64,000 nucleotides of DNA from Chrysomallon squamiferum (taxonomy: Eukaryota > Animalia > Mollusca): contig CM022667.1 of assembly GCA_012295275.1 (NCBI GenBank), positions 2,294,001 through 2,358,000 of the forward strand, read 5' to 3'. The notes beneath the pieces are model-generated. The model saw only the letters and a program-made list of their open reading frames with translations. It searched no databases and had not been told where the DNA came from. This document shows, in pieces, positions 26,932 through 41,456 of the stretch. The position numbers and the translations under genes were made by a program. Numbering within the stretch: the stretch's first letter is position 1; the number at the start of each line of letters is the position of its first letter.

Positions 26932-26978
26932 TGAAGGTCATTCAGTCCTTTATTGAGAAAAACATTCACTGAAGGTCA
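26932..26978 (+). promoter_or_regulatory. Two extended nuclear-receptor half-sites TGAAGGTCA (26932-26940, 26970-26978)
   Basis: Match the TNAAGGTCA ERR / NR5A(FTZ-F1/SF-1)-type monomer element; located upstream of the P450 5' exon. Confidence 0.45.
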
Positions 26979-27824
26979 CAGATAACAAGGACGGACGATA
27001 CTCTTGACTGTATACACATTTCACACGCACACCATGCACACCCAGAATTATTGTTATTCAGGGTACTGTGCAGTTGCTTTAATATTTAAATAAATGAACA
27101 CAATAAAATTATAAAACGTAGTGGGTTTAAAAAAAAAAAAAAAAAATTAAGAGGCTGTTTTTGTCAAGGAAGGAAATCAAATCAAGAAAACAAAACAATA
27201 ATAAATAAATAAATAAAAATAAAGAAGAAAAATGGTACAATTTAAAATAAACGCAAAATTAATAAGATATTATTTGTTATTTGTATTAATAATAAGTTTC
27301 TGTTCTTTAATAAATAATAATAATAATATAATATAGTTTAGTAAGAAAATAATCAGAAATTAAATTAACTGATTAAATCAACGAAAATAAAGTAATAAGT
27401 TATCTGTAAGAAAAAGTAGTCAATGCATTAATCACAAATAATAAAAAATAAATAAAAAATAAAAATATTGTACGACAATTAATACATTATGTCATTCGGG
27501 ATACAGCAGTTACAAGCAGGATAAAAATATTTTGATGTGTCATGCTGACATTTTATTAAATAAAACTGATAGTAAATAAATAAACATTCGTATACATATA
27601 TAAGTGCGTTATCATTTTATCATTCACGTAAAAGCTTGTGCGGGTTTTAGCTCCCTAGATAAAAGTTGAGTAGCGTACTGAGTAACCATTTTTGTTACGA
27701 CAGCTGGCCGTATTTGTCATAAAGCCATGAATTTTAAATTATATTTAACAAAATGAAACATTAGTTTATCTTCTTACTTAGTCTCAAAATGTTTCACAAT
27801 CTAGTTTAAAATAATTACCAATGT

Positions 27825-27985
27825 GGCTGTCGAAAATGTTTCACAATGTGTAACTTGAAATTATTTCACGGTGTATTTTGAAAATGTTTCATAATGCGGT
27901 ATGAAAATGTTTGACATTGTAGTCTGATATCGTTTCAACTAAGAATAGTTTGTAAATGTTTCACGTTGTAGTCAGAACGTCTCGC
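27825..27985. repeat. Short degenerate tandem repeat (aaaatgtttcacaatgt-like, ~22-25 bp)
   Basis: Visible repeated aaatgtttcac motif. Confidence 0.7.
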
Positions 27986-28354
27986 AGTTAATATCTGTGT
28001 TTACAACGAATTTTTTAAATAAAAAAAAAAAAAAAAAAAAAATAAAAAAAATGTCATATGAAGATTTTTTTAAAAAATAAAGTTATTATTCCATTAACCT
28101 TCTTTTATCATGTATCAGTTGGTAACGTGGTCGATATTTTAAAATGTTTACTAATTTATTTGCAGTTTTGTGCAGGTAATTGTTAATAATGTTAATTTGA
28201 ATAAATCAAAATAAGACAACTTTTTCCTATACAAAAGTAGAACAGATACGTTTGTATCTGTGATGTGCGTCTTAAATGATACGAAGCAATAGCCTAAAAT
28301 AATATAGTCTGCGTATTTCCAAACTGTTTTATGTATTTTATTTATCTGTTAATG

Positions 28355-28392
<38 letters not shown>

Positions 28393-30129
28393 TTTTTTAT
28401 TTATTTTTTATTATTATTATTATTATTTTTTTTTAATGTTTCCAGTCTTAATGAATAAGAAAGCCCGATTTTCGTCTAACATCGGAAATACATGTTATAA
28501 ATTGTAGGTTCGTAACTTTCCGATGACCTCTTCATTCCGGTTGTCAAGAGGTAAAATAATGGCATTCAAATGTTTTATAACATTTTTAGGAATGATATGG
28601 CCCACAATAAAATTAAATTATAATTATGCATCACAATGATAGCATTATATTTTTAAATTTTTATTATTCTTTTACTATTTATTTCGTTTTATTTATTTAT
28701 TTATTTATTTTATTTTATTTTTTTTTTATTTTTATTTTTGATCGAAAAATGGCCGAAATGGAAGGTAAAAATAACAATACTGCACTTTTATTTTTATTTA
28801 TTTCACAGATACCGTTTACTTGCTAATTAGAATAAATAAATAAATTTACAAGCTAAATAAATAAATTAATTAATGTAATGAATAAGCTTATTTAAGTATG
28901 TAAAACAATTTTTAAATAATAGAAAGAAAGAAAGACAAACGAACCTGATATAGTATCTTAATTTTACTTTATTCTAAATTAATACGTCTTTAAATATATA
29001 AGGACAATTCACAAAAGCAGTGAATTTATGTATAAAATATTTCAGATTATACAATACAGAAAAAATATATAAATTATTTGTTCTTCCTTTACAGAATGTA
29101 AGAATTAATTTTAAAAACTACAAATTGCTATTTTTTTAATTATAATGAACGTTTTTCATTTATTATTGTTTTTCTTATTTTTGTCTTTTCTACTTTTCTA
29201 GTTGTATATAAAGATTAACAGATCCTAAATATGTAATAAAAAAGGACAAACACACACACACATACATACATATGCACACATTAAAATATATATACATGCA
29301 TTGCTTATACAATTATATATATCTATATATATAGATAGATAGATAGATGTGTGTGTGTGTGTGTGTATACACACATACACAGAGCTCAGGAAAGGAGGAA
29401 AGTCCCAGTTCATTACAAAATAAAACCAATAATAACAATAATAATAATAATAATGATTATAAAAAACAATATTATTATAATAAAGAATCAGGAATTGAGA
29501 GAGACAGACAGTGAGAGAGTATACAAACTGATGTACATGATGTCCAATTTTTTTTTCTGAATTGTGCATGTTATGTAAGAACGATTTTTTACATCAACAG
29601 AAGACAAACAAAATCCATCACAACTACAGTTACAGCTTTCGATAATTTCTGTTCTCTTCATTTTTAAGAACAAGTCTTTCAAGAATTCATCCTCCAAAGT
29701 TCTCTGTAAAAAAAAAAAAAAAAAAAAAAAATGTTTTCAGCCCATACAAGAAGGTATGAATAAAAAAAAGTGATCTTGCTTTTAAAGTGAAGGTGTTTGT
29801 TTTATTTTTTAGTTTTTTTATTCCAGTTTTGTACTTTAAAAATATATTAGTATATTAACAAAAATTATTATTATGTATAATAAAACTTTTTAAGTTTATT
29901 TTAATGTATTTAATTCTTAATTAAACAATAATCATTTTTACAAAACAAATAATAATGGTTTTTTTTCTTTGAATCTGTTAAATTAGTAAAATAAAAAATA
30001 ACATTTTCCTAGTATTTTTCGTAGAGAGAGATTCAGAGGCAGATGGATATAAATATGTTTTTATGTGTTTATATACAAATATACAGAGAGAAAGGAAGAT
30101 ATAGACATCCATATAATTGAAAAAAGTAT

Positions 30130-30360
30130 TACCATCATCATCATTATCGTTGTCTTCTCATTATTATTATTATTATCATTATCATTATTATTCTTATGTT
30201 ATTATTTTCAGTTATTATTATCATTATCATTGCTGTCATTATCATCATCATCATCATTATTATCATCATCTCATTGTTATTACCATTATCATTATCATTA
30301 TCAGTTATTATTATCATCATCATCATCATCATCATCAGTTATCAACATCATCATCACTAT
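30130..30360. repeat. (ATC/ATT)n low-complexity tract
   Basis: Direct. Confidence 0.9.
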
Positions 30361-30377
30361 AAATTACTAGTACTACT

Positions 30378-33300
30378 TTAAAGCTGAGGGAGGGTCGATC
30401 TCGTGCCCTTTTCGTTTTGAGAAGAAACGTTTTGAGAAGCACTGAATCCCTGACGTCTGTTCTGTTCATCACTCCCTTCTGGACCTCTGCCAGAGGCCGT
30501 GCTGTCAGCTTCTGAGTAGAGGCCAGACTGCTGGGGCTTCAGAAGTTCTTTAGCCTCTATGGATATCTTCCTCACTTTCTCAGAAATCAGGTACGAGGGT
30601 GACGGGGATGAGGGAGACAACTCGTCTGATTTCTTGGGTGGGTCACTGTCTGAGGACAAAACGTCCGACAGTTCGAATGTGACACTTTTCCTACGTGTCG
30701 GCAGAGAATCAACAGTTTCATTTGATGACTGTGGAGATTTATGTTTAAGTTGCTGAAAAAAAAAAAAAAAAGAGAGAGAGAGAAAATAAATGAAGTATAC
30801 ATATATAAAAGAAAGATGAAAGGTATAAATTAATACCACCAACAAACATACATGTAACTTATATAATAAGTACATACTACATTTACCAACATACATACAT
30901 CATAATATTAACAAACATTTTTTTGTAAGATTTGTTTTAATTTGTTATTTCAGTTTCTGTTATTTCAGTAACATAAATACCTAATGCACATGGTTAGATG
31001 AGAAGTGTCTTAAGACTTGGGTACTATGGATTTGGGGCCCAGGCAGTCCACATATTTAATTATCACATAGACACACAAGTCATATATATATATATATAAC
31101 TGAAATTTCAGAGAGAATTTATTATCAGTGTCAAGATCAAAGTACCTGCAATGACATGTTTGTTCCATACTGTTTGAATAGATTCGTTTCAGAAGGTGGG
31201 TCATCTGATGTATAGTACAGTTTCTGCTTCTCCTCATTCCCGATTTCCGTGTGAATTGCTGGAGGTATTCTTTCAAAGGAATCTAGAACTGTGAAATCTG
31301 TGCTGGGACGAGAAAGGCTTGATTTTTCCTTGCTCGAATACACAGGTTTCGTGTGGGGGCCAAGTTTTCCTACTCTGGGCGATTGCACTCTGGGTGTTTC
31401 TCTCTGATGTTGGAAAGAAAGAAGGGTTTTTTTAATTAAAAAAATTTAATATTAATTCTTAAATCAGTCGATAACTTCTTACTCTCATTTTCTCTCCATC
31501 CTCTCATTCTCTTTTCTGTCTCGCCCCTTTCTCTCTTTGTTTTCTCTCTCTCTCTCTCTCTGTCTCTCTTTCACACATCAGCATATACATACACACTTGC
31601 AAAACAAGTTTCAGAAAAAATTTATAATGTATCTGTTTGTATGTGTTTATGTGAGTAGGCAAAAAAATTTAAGAGTAAAACAAATTATTGAATTTGGAAT
31701 GTATACAATCGATTCATGCAAGTTCCATTTATAGGGAAATAAAATCTGATGGACATGAAATACATGTGCAAACTTTGCAAAAGAAGTGATTTGTGAAAAA
31801 AGCCATTAATGCACACTTGCATTGACCCAGGTTTCCATGCCAATGCAACCATGTTCTGACAGTTAAAATTATTGCCTGTGTCAGTGACAGAGGATTTGAA
31901 TTCAGTTCTAGCTTGCTTTGACCCCCAATGTCTTTTATATGGAATAATGTTAAGTGCAACATTTCAATCAATAATGGATATTCAGAAAATAATGATGAAA
32001 ATATCATTAGACCCTTAAACTGTTTTGATTAAGAAGATTAGACATTTGTATTTATTAACCACACACACACACACACACACGCATGCATGCATAACCTATT
32101 CACAAAGATGAGCATGTTTTTTTATTTATTTACTGTTACTTTATTGAATGTAATAACATTTTCATAAACTGAGAAACAAGAAAGTGTTGTCAGAAAGTGA
32201 TATTATCTAAGGAAAGTACATAACAAATTTATTTTTGAAACCTTAAATCTCATATTTATCTCATGTTGATCCTCAGACAAAAAACCTATAAGAAGAAAAA
32301 GAAGATAATTGTTATAATGTTAAAATAGTTAGCTATGATAAAAAATAATTAATCAGAAAATTCAGTAATAAAAGACAATTTAAAAAAGGAAAAAGATTAA
32401 AAAATAATAATAATAAAGGAAAAAGAATACAATAAATAATTAACATTCAAGAAATAGATTAAAGAATAACAAATAATTACTTACTGAAACTATGGTTATA
32501 TAAAGCAAGATAAAGAAAAATAATATAAATAATGTGTTATCATACTACAATTTGTTTTAACCCATTGACTTAACTTAAAAGGCTGAATAACGCACACACA
32601 CACAAAAACACACATAGTGATGCACACATATATAACACATATACAGTGACACACACACACCTCCAATGATACACACACACAACTACAATGAAGTACACAC
32701 AAACCAGAAGCAGTGTCAGAGGATACTTCTACAGGTGAGAAACGCCCTGAATGTTGTTTCTCAGACAGAAGATGATGATGATATGTATGATGATGGGGAT
32801 GCTGTTGCTGCTGTCTTATATAGCTTCTGCTTTCTTCTGAAAAGGAAAATTTAGTTGCTGACGTAAAACGAGTGTGTGTCACATCTTTTTGTTTATGGTA
32901 GAACTGGTCTGCTGAGGTCCAGAGGTGTTTCAGCTGTTGTTGTTGGCGAGGAAGCATCAGATCCTTCAGTTTCTCAAGTTCAGTCAAGTTTTCAGCTATA
33001 GTCTGGAACTTCTTCTCATGGTCACTCTCGTGATCATGCTGGGCAGTGACTTCTGCTCGTAATTTGATCATCTGCGACATCAGCTTCTGATTCATTTCAA
33101 TCGACTGAGCCTGATGCAGAAGAAAAAACAACACTGTTACGAGATTTCAAAAATGTAGCAGAACTGTGATGTCAGATTATAAGAGTTTGAAATGTAACAA
33201 ATGTTATAATAAAATGAATAACAATATTACAAGGTTGAAATGTAACACCATAAAATAACATAAAATACTGATATCAGATTATAAGAGTTTAAAATGTAAC

Positions 33301-36022
33301 AAAAGTTGTAATTTAATAAAAACAATAATACATCAGATTATAAGAGTTTGAAATGTAACAGTTATAATAACAATAATACTAACATCAGATTATAAGAGTT
33401 TTGTGACTAAAAATTATTTAAAACATAATGTAAAAATAAAGAATTAAAAATTATCATAGGACTTAAACAGGGCTTATTTAATAAAAGAATAAATTAAAAA
33501 TAGATATGAGAATATTTTAATTTGTTATATTTAAATACTATGAGAATATTTTAATGTGTTATATTTAAATACTGTGAACGTATTTTAATGTGTTTCATTT
33601 AAATACTACAACAATATTTTAGTGTTATATTTACATACAATAAGAGTAATGTCTTATATTTAAATATTATAAGAGTAATGCATTTTATTTAAATGCAATG
33701 AGAATAATGTGTTGTATTTAAATACTATGACAGTATTATGTTATAAATACCATAAGAGTATTTTAATGTTATATATTGACCATATTTTAATATATATTTA
33801 ATTATAGTGAGAGTAATGTGTTATACTAAAAGTACATTAATGTGTTACATTCAAATATACAATGATATAGTATAATAGTACATTGGTGTGTTATATTTAA
33901 ATACTGTAAGAGTAATATGTGATCTTATCAGTCGCGTTCTCAGATTTTTAATCTGAGCCATGTCCATATCTTGATGTTATATTCAAATTCTATGAGAGTA
34001 CATTGATGTGTTATATTTATATAATATGTGAATACATTGATGTTATATTTAATTACTCTGAGAGTATACTGATGTGTTATATTTAAATACTATGTGAGTA
34101 CATTGATGTGTTATATTTAAATACTGTAAGAGTAATACGTTATTTTACCAGTCTCATTCTCAGATTTTTAATCTGAACCATATCCATATCTTTCCTCTCT
34201 CTCATATATTCAATGTCACTGTTAGTTTTACTCAGCATCTTCTTTATTGCTATGTTTTGCTGAAATAAAAAATGTTTAAACAAACATTTTAGTACATTTA
34301 AAAAAAAAAAAAAAAAAAAAAATCCATCCAATGATGCTCAGGACATTATTAAGCAAGTAAAAAATTTTGTTGTATGATTATATGAAGAATAATAATATAT
34401 AAAAAAAAAATTATTTGATTGTGTAGACTAAAAAAATTAATAATGTTTCATGCTTTAACAAAAAAGAAGAAATTATTTGTGTCTTGACTTATTTTTTATA
34501 TTTTCTCATTAGTTGAAATCTGTTTTGGAATTATTAATGAATTTGTTTCAGACAAATAATTTTTTAAAGTATAAAACGGTGATATGTTTTAGACAATTAT
34601 TCTTTTGTTGTTGTACTTCATTATTAATTAAAATTAAATGATTAAAATATTTAAAAATATTAAATGTGTTTACTGCTTCATAGCTCTCCATTTTTTGGTG
34701 TGTTTCAGTCAGTGTAGTAAATCTATTTGATGCAACAGCCATCATGATTTCAAACTGCTTTCTGCCATTTTGTAATGCTAAATAAATATTTAAAAAAAAA
34801 AAAAAAAGAATAAATAAATGTATTAAATTAAATAAAAATAAAAATAATAATAGGACCATTATTTCAATGAGCTATGTTCACAGTGTTTGTGTGGTTGTTT
34901 ACTATAAAGGGTTCATAATATTTTACAATTTTTATTATTACCTTTTATTTTTTTATTTTTTTATATATATATTTTTGAAACAAAAATAAATACATAATCC
35001 AAATTTTTATCAAAATGGGAATTGGATAGGTTACAATTTTCAGTGTTACTGGGTGATTTGACATGAAGTGACCAACTAAATTTAAAAAAAAAAACTTTTA
35101 TGCTATAAATGATAATAGCATAAAGTAAAACATGCAGCAGTATAAATAATAAATAACACAAATTAAGCCAGCCTACTGTATAAACAATAATAAATAACAC
35201 AAACTAAGCCAATCTACTGTATAAACAATAATAAATAACACAAACTAAGCCAGCCTACTGTATAAATAATAATAAATAAATAATTTCAACATTTATAACT
35301 TCCACAAACCAGATTTCATGGCCACTGCTTTCACCCAAGTACTAGCTTCCTGCAGGACCAAATGAACCCGCGACGCAGCTGTATCCCACAATTCCTTACA
35401 ATTCATTAATGATGGTTCTGAAAACATGAATAAATTAATTAACAAAAAACTATTTTAATTAACAGACATTTAACCTTACAAAAGAAACCTTAGATAGTTT
35501 CCTATTCCAACATGACCTCCTTTTTTTTCTTCTTATGAAAATCAAAATTTCAAAAATTACTGCTGCTAATTAATTTATTTATTTATATTGCCATTTAAAA
35601 CATTTTAAAACTCACCTCCAATAACAATGATTCGTGGAATGTTTTCCTCAGAGAATCTACAAAATACAGAAAAAGTTTTTTTGATTCTTTTTGGTTTGTT
35701 TGTTATTCAAAATGTCCACATCAAGACTGAATAATAAAAAGCTGAAACCTCTTATATTATAATCTGTAAATATGTTTGTGTGTGCATGTGTGTGTATGTG
35801 TCTGTGTGTGTGTGTGTGTGGTGTTTATGGATGTGTCTGTAATGTTTGTTGCATCAATGATTAGTGTGTGTTTGTGTCTCTGTTGTGTGTACATGTGTAT
35901 GTGTTAGTATGTGTGGATGATATGTATGTGTGTTGTGGTTTTATACGTCTGTGTTTTTGTTGTGGCTGTTTTGTGTCCACTGTGTGTGTGTGTGTTTTGT
36001 ATGTTTGTTGTGTCTGTGTTAA

Positions 36023-36061
<39 letters not shown>

Positions 36062-36263
36062 TCAGACCATAACATTTTCTACAACTTACTTACGTTCTTA
36101 AAAATTTAATTTTTGACAAAACTTCCTGACCAATGGATGCCAAGTGTTCAGCTCTTTTCTGAAAATGTTCAAAACTGTCACTGTAAAAGTAAAAACAATA
36201 TTCTAGTGATAATGTTTAGTAGTGTACAAATTAAAACAGAAATGGAAAAAAAAAAAATATATA

Positions 36264-36296
<33 letters not shown>

Positions 36297-37818
36297 ATAA
36301 AAAACACCACACACATATATTTTCTTAAATTATTAAGTAATACAGACATTTCATGAATAGGCATCAACTTCAGAATCAAATCTATAAATTTTATTTCAAC
36401 AGTTATAAGGTAAGTCTGAATATAACTGTTTAGGAATTTTTTATTTGTTTTGTAAGTATACATACAGACACTTGCACAAACACACAGATACACATGCACA
36501 CACACACAACAAACCTCAATGCACTTTGAAAGTGAAGACAGTCTCTTAACTTTTCTGAAATCCAAAATCTCTTAATAACAATGCCTTTTTTGTTTTCTTT
36601 CTTTTTTTGTCTTTTTGTCTTTTTTAAAATCATCCTCATCAAAAATACCTCATTTTTACGTAACCTATAATAACATGTTGAAAAAAATTAATTTATATTT
36701 TATAAATTTATGTTTTATTAAATGTAATCGCTCACGCTATTATTTTATCAGCTTTCTTAACTTCTTCAGCTTCTTTCTGTTTTGATTCTTCTTCAGTTGT
36801 AAAAAGTTCCTAATGAAAAATCAATTTAAAATAATTATAATAATTATACCAAGAATGACTATGCTGTCCTATTGAAAAAAAAAAAATCAATATATGACAA
36901 TCATAATAGTTATACAGTTATGATTGTGTTATCCTAATGCAAAATCAGTTTAAGGCATTTGTAATTATGATAATTGTACCAATTATTATTACCATCATTA
37001 GGTTAAATAAATAAATGAATAAAATTCTATACCTGAAACCAAAAGAAAAATTATAAATCTTTTTTTTCCCCTTTTTTTCAGTTGCCATAATAAAAATATA
37101 TACTAAGAATTAACTGATGTGACAACATTTAAAATCTAATAAAACAAACACTTAATATAATTATGATCTAAATGATATTACCTAAATTCTAAATTTTAAT
37201 TATTCTGGCAGAATCATAGGTAGATATTAAAATAATTTTCAAATGTCTTGCATATCAGCACTTCATGAAATAACAAAAAATTATCATCATCTTTAGCTAT
37301 GTACCAATTCTTTTTTGCACTAACAAAAATCCAATCAAAGGCTGATTTCCATAAATAAATAAATAATCCAGAAACTACAGCAGGAAATAACTAGTATGTT
37401 TCCATTCAAAATGTAATGAAGCAAATATTTGGACATAATGAAGATCTAAATTATAATAGTGTTGGTATTATCACAGTACTTTGTGAAATAACAAAACATT
37501 ATTATATATATCTCACACAGACAGACACATACATGAATACAGATACAATTATGCATATTCCTGGTACAAATCTATTCTTAAATACATACACACAATGTGC
37601 ACACACACACACACACAAACACAACATACCAGTTCTCTTTGTTCGCACAAAATCCAGTCATACAAATCTGATAATGCCAGCTCTCTGTCATGTACATCTG
37701 GAATTTCAATGGAATCTTTTTGCTTCAGAAGAATATCACTTTCCTGAAAGAATAACCATAACACATACAGTTTTTAGTCATAAGTGAATGTATATCTATC
37801 TATCTATCTGTCTATTTA

Positions 37819-37851
<33 letters not shown>

Positions 37852-37969
37852 ATAGTTTAATATTTTCATCAAAAGAAATACTGTGTTATATATCCTCATC
37901 CTTTTGTTCCATTTATTCTAATTGTTCTGTGATGGAGGAAAAGAATAACTAACTAACTAACTAACTAAA

Positions 37970-38032
<63 letters not shown>

Positions 38033-38254
38033 ACATATTTTTAAAGACTAAAATTTCACCTCTTCTCTTGCATCTGCTGCCTCTCCCTCTTCATCAAAGC
38101 CTCCAACATTTAGAATCTATAATTAACAATTATATATGTTATTAAATAGATACGTTTAAGTGAACCCTGACAGAAAGACATAGGAAAACATATACAGATA
38201 TATTATTCTTCTAAAACAGGTAAGACACATACATTCATACATAATATAATATGC

Positions 38255-38287
<33 letters not shown>

Positions 38288-38521
38288 CAAAACATACATT
38301 CATGCATACATTATGCATATGTAAAAATGCACATAACAGACATACACACATAAACGTAGATGTTCGCACACATACACAAACACACACACAGACAGACACA
38401 GATAAACACATACACATGCAGACAAACAGATACACAGACACTCCCAACACAAACATAAAACACAAACTTTTAACTGTACAATTTACAAACTTAAAATCCA
38501 TTCTTACGAAATTTAAAAAAA

Positions 38522-38552
<31 letters not shown>

Positions 38553-38900
38553 ACTCTCATTTACCTTATTTATGCGTTCATGAATTTCTTTCAACTCTTC
38601 TGAAATGTTAGCCTTTATTCTGTAAATTCTTGTCTTATTTATGTCGCTGATGATTGAATCGGAAACACTTTCTTTCTTTTCTGGCTGGGTAATATCAGTT
38701 AAATGATTAAGTTCGTGCAGTTCTCTTATCAGTTTTTTTGGTAACGGTTTGTGCTCGCATTCGTAGAGTTTGAGCTTGGATTCACTTAAGATGCAGCCGC
38801 TGCTTGTTGTTAATTTCGGTTCCAGGCTTTTCAAAGCAGGCGGCGCCGTGTTTGATGCGGATTTTGTCACTTCCGTTTTATGTTTGTGAGTTATTGGCAT
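30378..38900 (-). CDS. Uncharacterised multi-exon coiled-coil/low-complexity protein; exons approx. 38900-38565, 38116-38060, 37743-37630, 36809-36736, 36664-36515, 36180-36094, 35656-35616, 35417-35310, 34777-34674, 34259-34149, 33110-32727, 31403-31146, 30752-30378 (possible extra exon from 29704)
   Basis: Chain of 13 exons with GT-AG ends and mutually consistent phases; helical E/K/Q-rich middle, Q/H-rich tract, Ser/Pro-rich tail. No family recognised. A probable 5'UTR exon ends at 39657. Confidence 0.65.
33505..34135. repeat. Intronic ~30-bp degenerate tandem repeat
   Basis: Repeated gagtacattgatgtgttatatttaaatacta-like units. Confidence 0.85.
35140..35280. repeat. ~41-bp tandem repeat, 3 copies
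   Basis: aataaataacacaaactaagccagcctactgtataaacaat repeated. Confidence 0.85.
37945..38032. repeat. (TAAC)n tetranucleotide microsatellite
   Basis: Direct. Confidence 0.95.
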
Positions 38901-39135
38901 AGGTCGTATAGATCTGAAGAATGTATAGGTCAATAAAAAAAAAAAAAAAATTATAATAATAAGTAAAAATTATAAATTTATTATCATTGTTGTTATAAGT
39001 ATTATTATTACTATTATTGGTTTTTTTTGTATTATTATTATTTTTGTTCTTGTTGAGAACATTTTTATTTTTCAATTATTATTGATGTATTAAGAGATTT
39101 GGAAAGAACGTGTTTTTTAATTTTAATATTAATTT

Positions 39136-39174
<39 letters not shown>

Positions 39175-39266
39175 GAAATATTTTGAATAACTGACTAACA
39201 AATCTACAAACCTTCTTCTTTTTTTAGTATAACATTCTTTCTCACGTTTATCATGAAGTGAAACTA

Positions 39267-39297
<31 letters not shown>

Positions 39298-39379
39298 AGA
39301 TTATGTATGTCAGGCAGGCAAAACAAATACATGGTGTTTTTTTTTCTTCTTTCTTTTTTTAAATTTGTTTTAATCTCCC

Positions 39380-39421
<42 letters not shown>

Positions 39422-40373
39422 TCATTAAAGAATTATATTAATAATTCATACTTCCATAAGGAACTTTTTAATTATAATAAAGCTGCTAAATAATCGTGAA
39501 TAAGGAAATGGCAGATAAATAAGCAAAAACAAATAAAATAGGAAATCCACAGAACTTTAATAAACAGGTAAAAAGAAAAAACATTTCATTAAAAATAATA
39601 ATAATTATGATGATGATGATGATCATGTTGATGAGAATAATAATCTTTTAACAGACCTTCGTTCTTCATTTTTAACGAATTTACGTTCGTTCTTGTCAAA
39701 TACTATCTGTTTTTTCGATACATTTCAAAGATAATAAATAAGTTAACAACTGAACTGTATTTGGTAGCAATACAGTTCACCTTTTCCATCAAGATAAATG
39801 AATTGAAAATATAGGTGTGACTGAGTTTGTAAGAATCAATAGTTTGGTAGAAAATGTGTTTGTTCTGTTAATTTTGCTGAGAAGTATACGTGTTAATCAT
39901 TTATAAATAGAGTTAATCAAATATTAATATAATTTTAGGGAATTTATTTATCACAACGAAGGTCTTAAAGATGCTTCCACCCCTTGAAATATTTGGAACA
40001 TTTCCCCCATCGACGACTTGGCGAAAACAAATTTGACGTTTAATGACGTCAAACGTATAAGAAAAGTTTGGTCACCCTCCACTAACGAAAAATGTATTTA
40101 TTTTATTTTATTTTATTATAAACGTTAACAATAATAATAAAGCATAAAATGCACAAATATAACGAAATCTGTGGGTGCTCTAAATACGCAAATTCGTACT
40201 GAAACTTTCCAAGCTTTTGTTAATAAGACGAACAGAAGTTGCGGTGTATCAAGGGAAGCAACTCCGAGAACCATACCATTACATTCTTGACAAGAGCTAT
40301 AGATGTATTGAAATTTTTTGCAAAATTAATCCTCAGTGACATTTCCTATCTCACAAGGGTGTTACCTTTCACC

Positions 40374-40410
<37 letters not shown>

Positions 40411-40623
40411 TTTTTTATTTTTATTTTTTTTATGTGTGTGTGATCATTTATATAGTTTACAAACTATATAGTTTACTCTCTAAAAATAATAAAATTAATA
40501 GCAAGTAATTTGAAAAATACAATACACAAATCTTTAACACAAGATTCACATGAAAAACATCACTGGAAAGTTACGACGACCGCCCTTCGCCCTTACGATC
40601 TGCTGTAAATGTGTGTGTGTGTC

Positions 40624-40658
<35 letters not shown>

Positions 40659-41264
40659 CTGTGCAAATACTGCACTGTTTCGCGGTCATTGGTCATGTTA
40701 GATGGTGGAGCGAGGTCGTGACCTTTTGTTGTCGTTTGCGGAATAGCTGACCAACCATTGACCAGGTAACCCACAAAGCTCAGATGCGACTTTCAACATC
40801 TGACTGCACTGATTAGTATTAAACGTAAGTAGGTAGGTATCGAGTTATGTTTAGAAATGTTTATTTCGGTTCAGATAATCATGTTTCCCCTATCAAACAT
40901 TCTGGATACACCCACCTGTACATACGTACATGTGCAGGTGCAGCTATGAAGTTAGACTGACACGCTGGTAAATTATATTTAGCCTCATACGTGCATGCGC
41001 AGTTACAGGAAAGGGCGTACGTACGAAAATACAGCGCCTAAGGTAAGCAATGAAACTGCGCCCCTGTCCAAACAGCTGCAACTTATCTTTGAGACAATCC
41101 GCTCAGTAACAGCAGTCAAGTTGAACAGAACGTGCTCAGTGACGCCCAAGGCACGTGCATTGTAATGTGTTAGTTGCGCTACTGGTTGTAGGTAATATAA
41201 GTTTTCAAAGCAATTATTTCGTCTGCTATTTTATTTTAATTTAATTTTATTTATTTTATTTATT

Positions 41265-41319
<55 letters not shown>

Positions 41320-41424
41320 AAAACAAAAGAAATCGTAGATATAGCACACGTGTCTCAATACTAGAAACCTTTGATACTTTGTAACCGTAATACTTATAAT
41401 AACAGTAACAGTAACTTAATTTGA

Positions 41425-41456
<32 letters not shown>

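Noticed and set aside
37945-38032. Interstitial telomere-like repeat
   Set aside because: The unit is TAAC (4-mer), not TTAGGG or TTAGG
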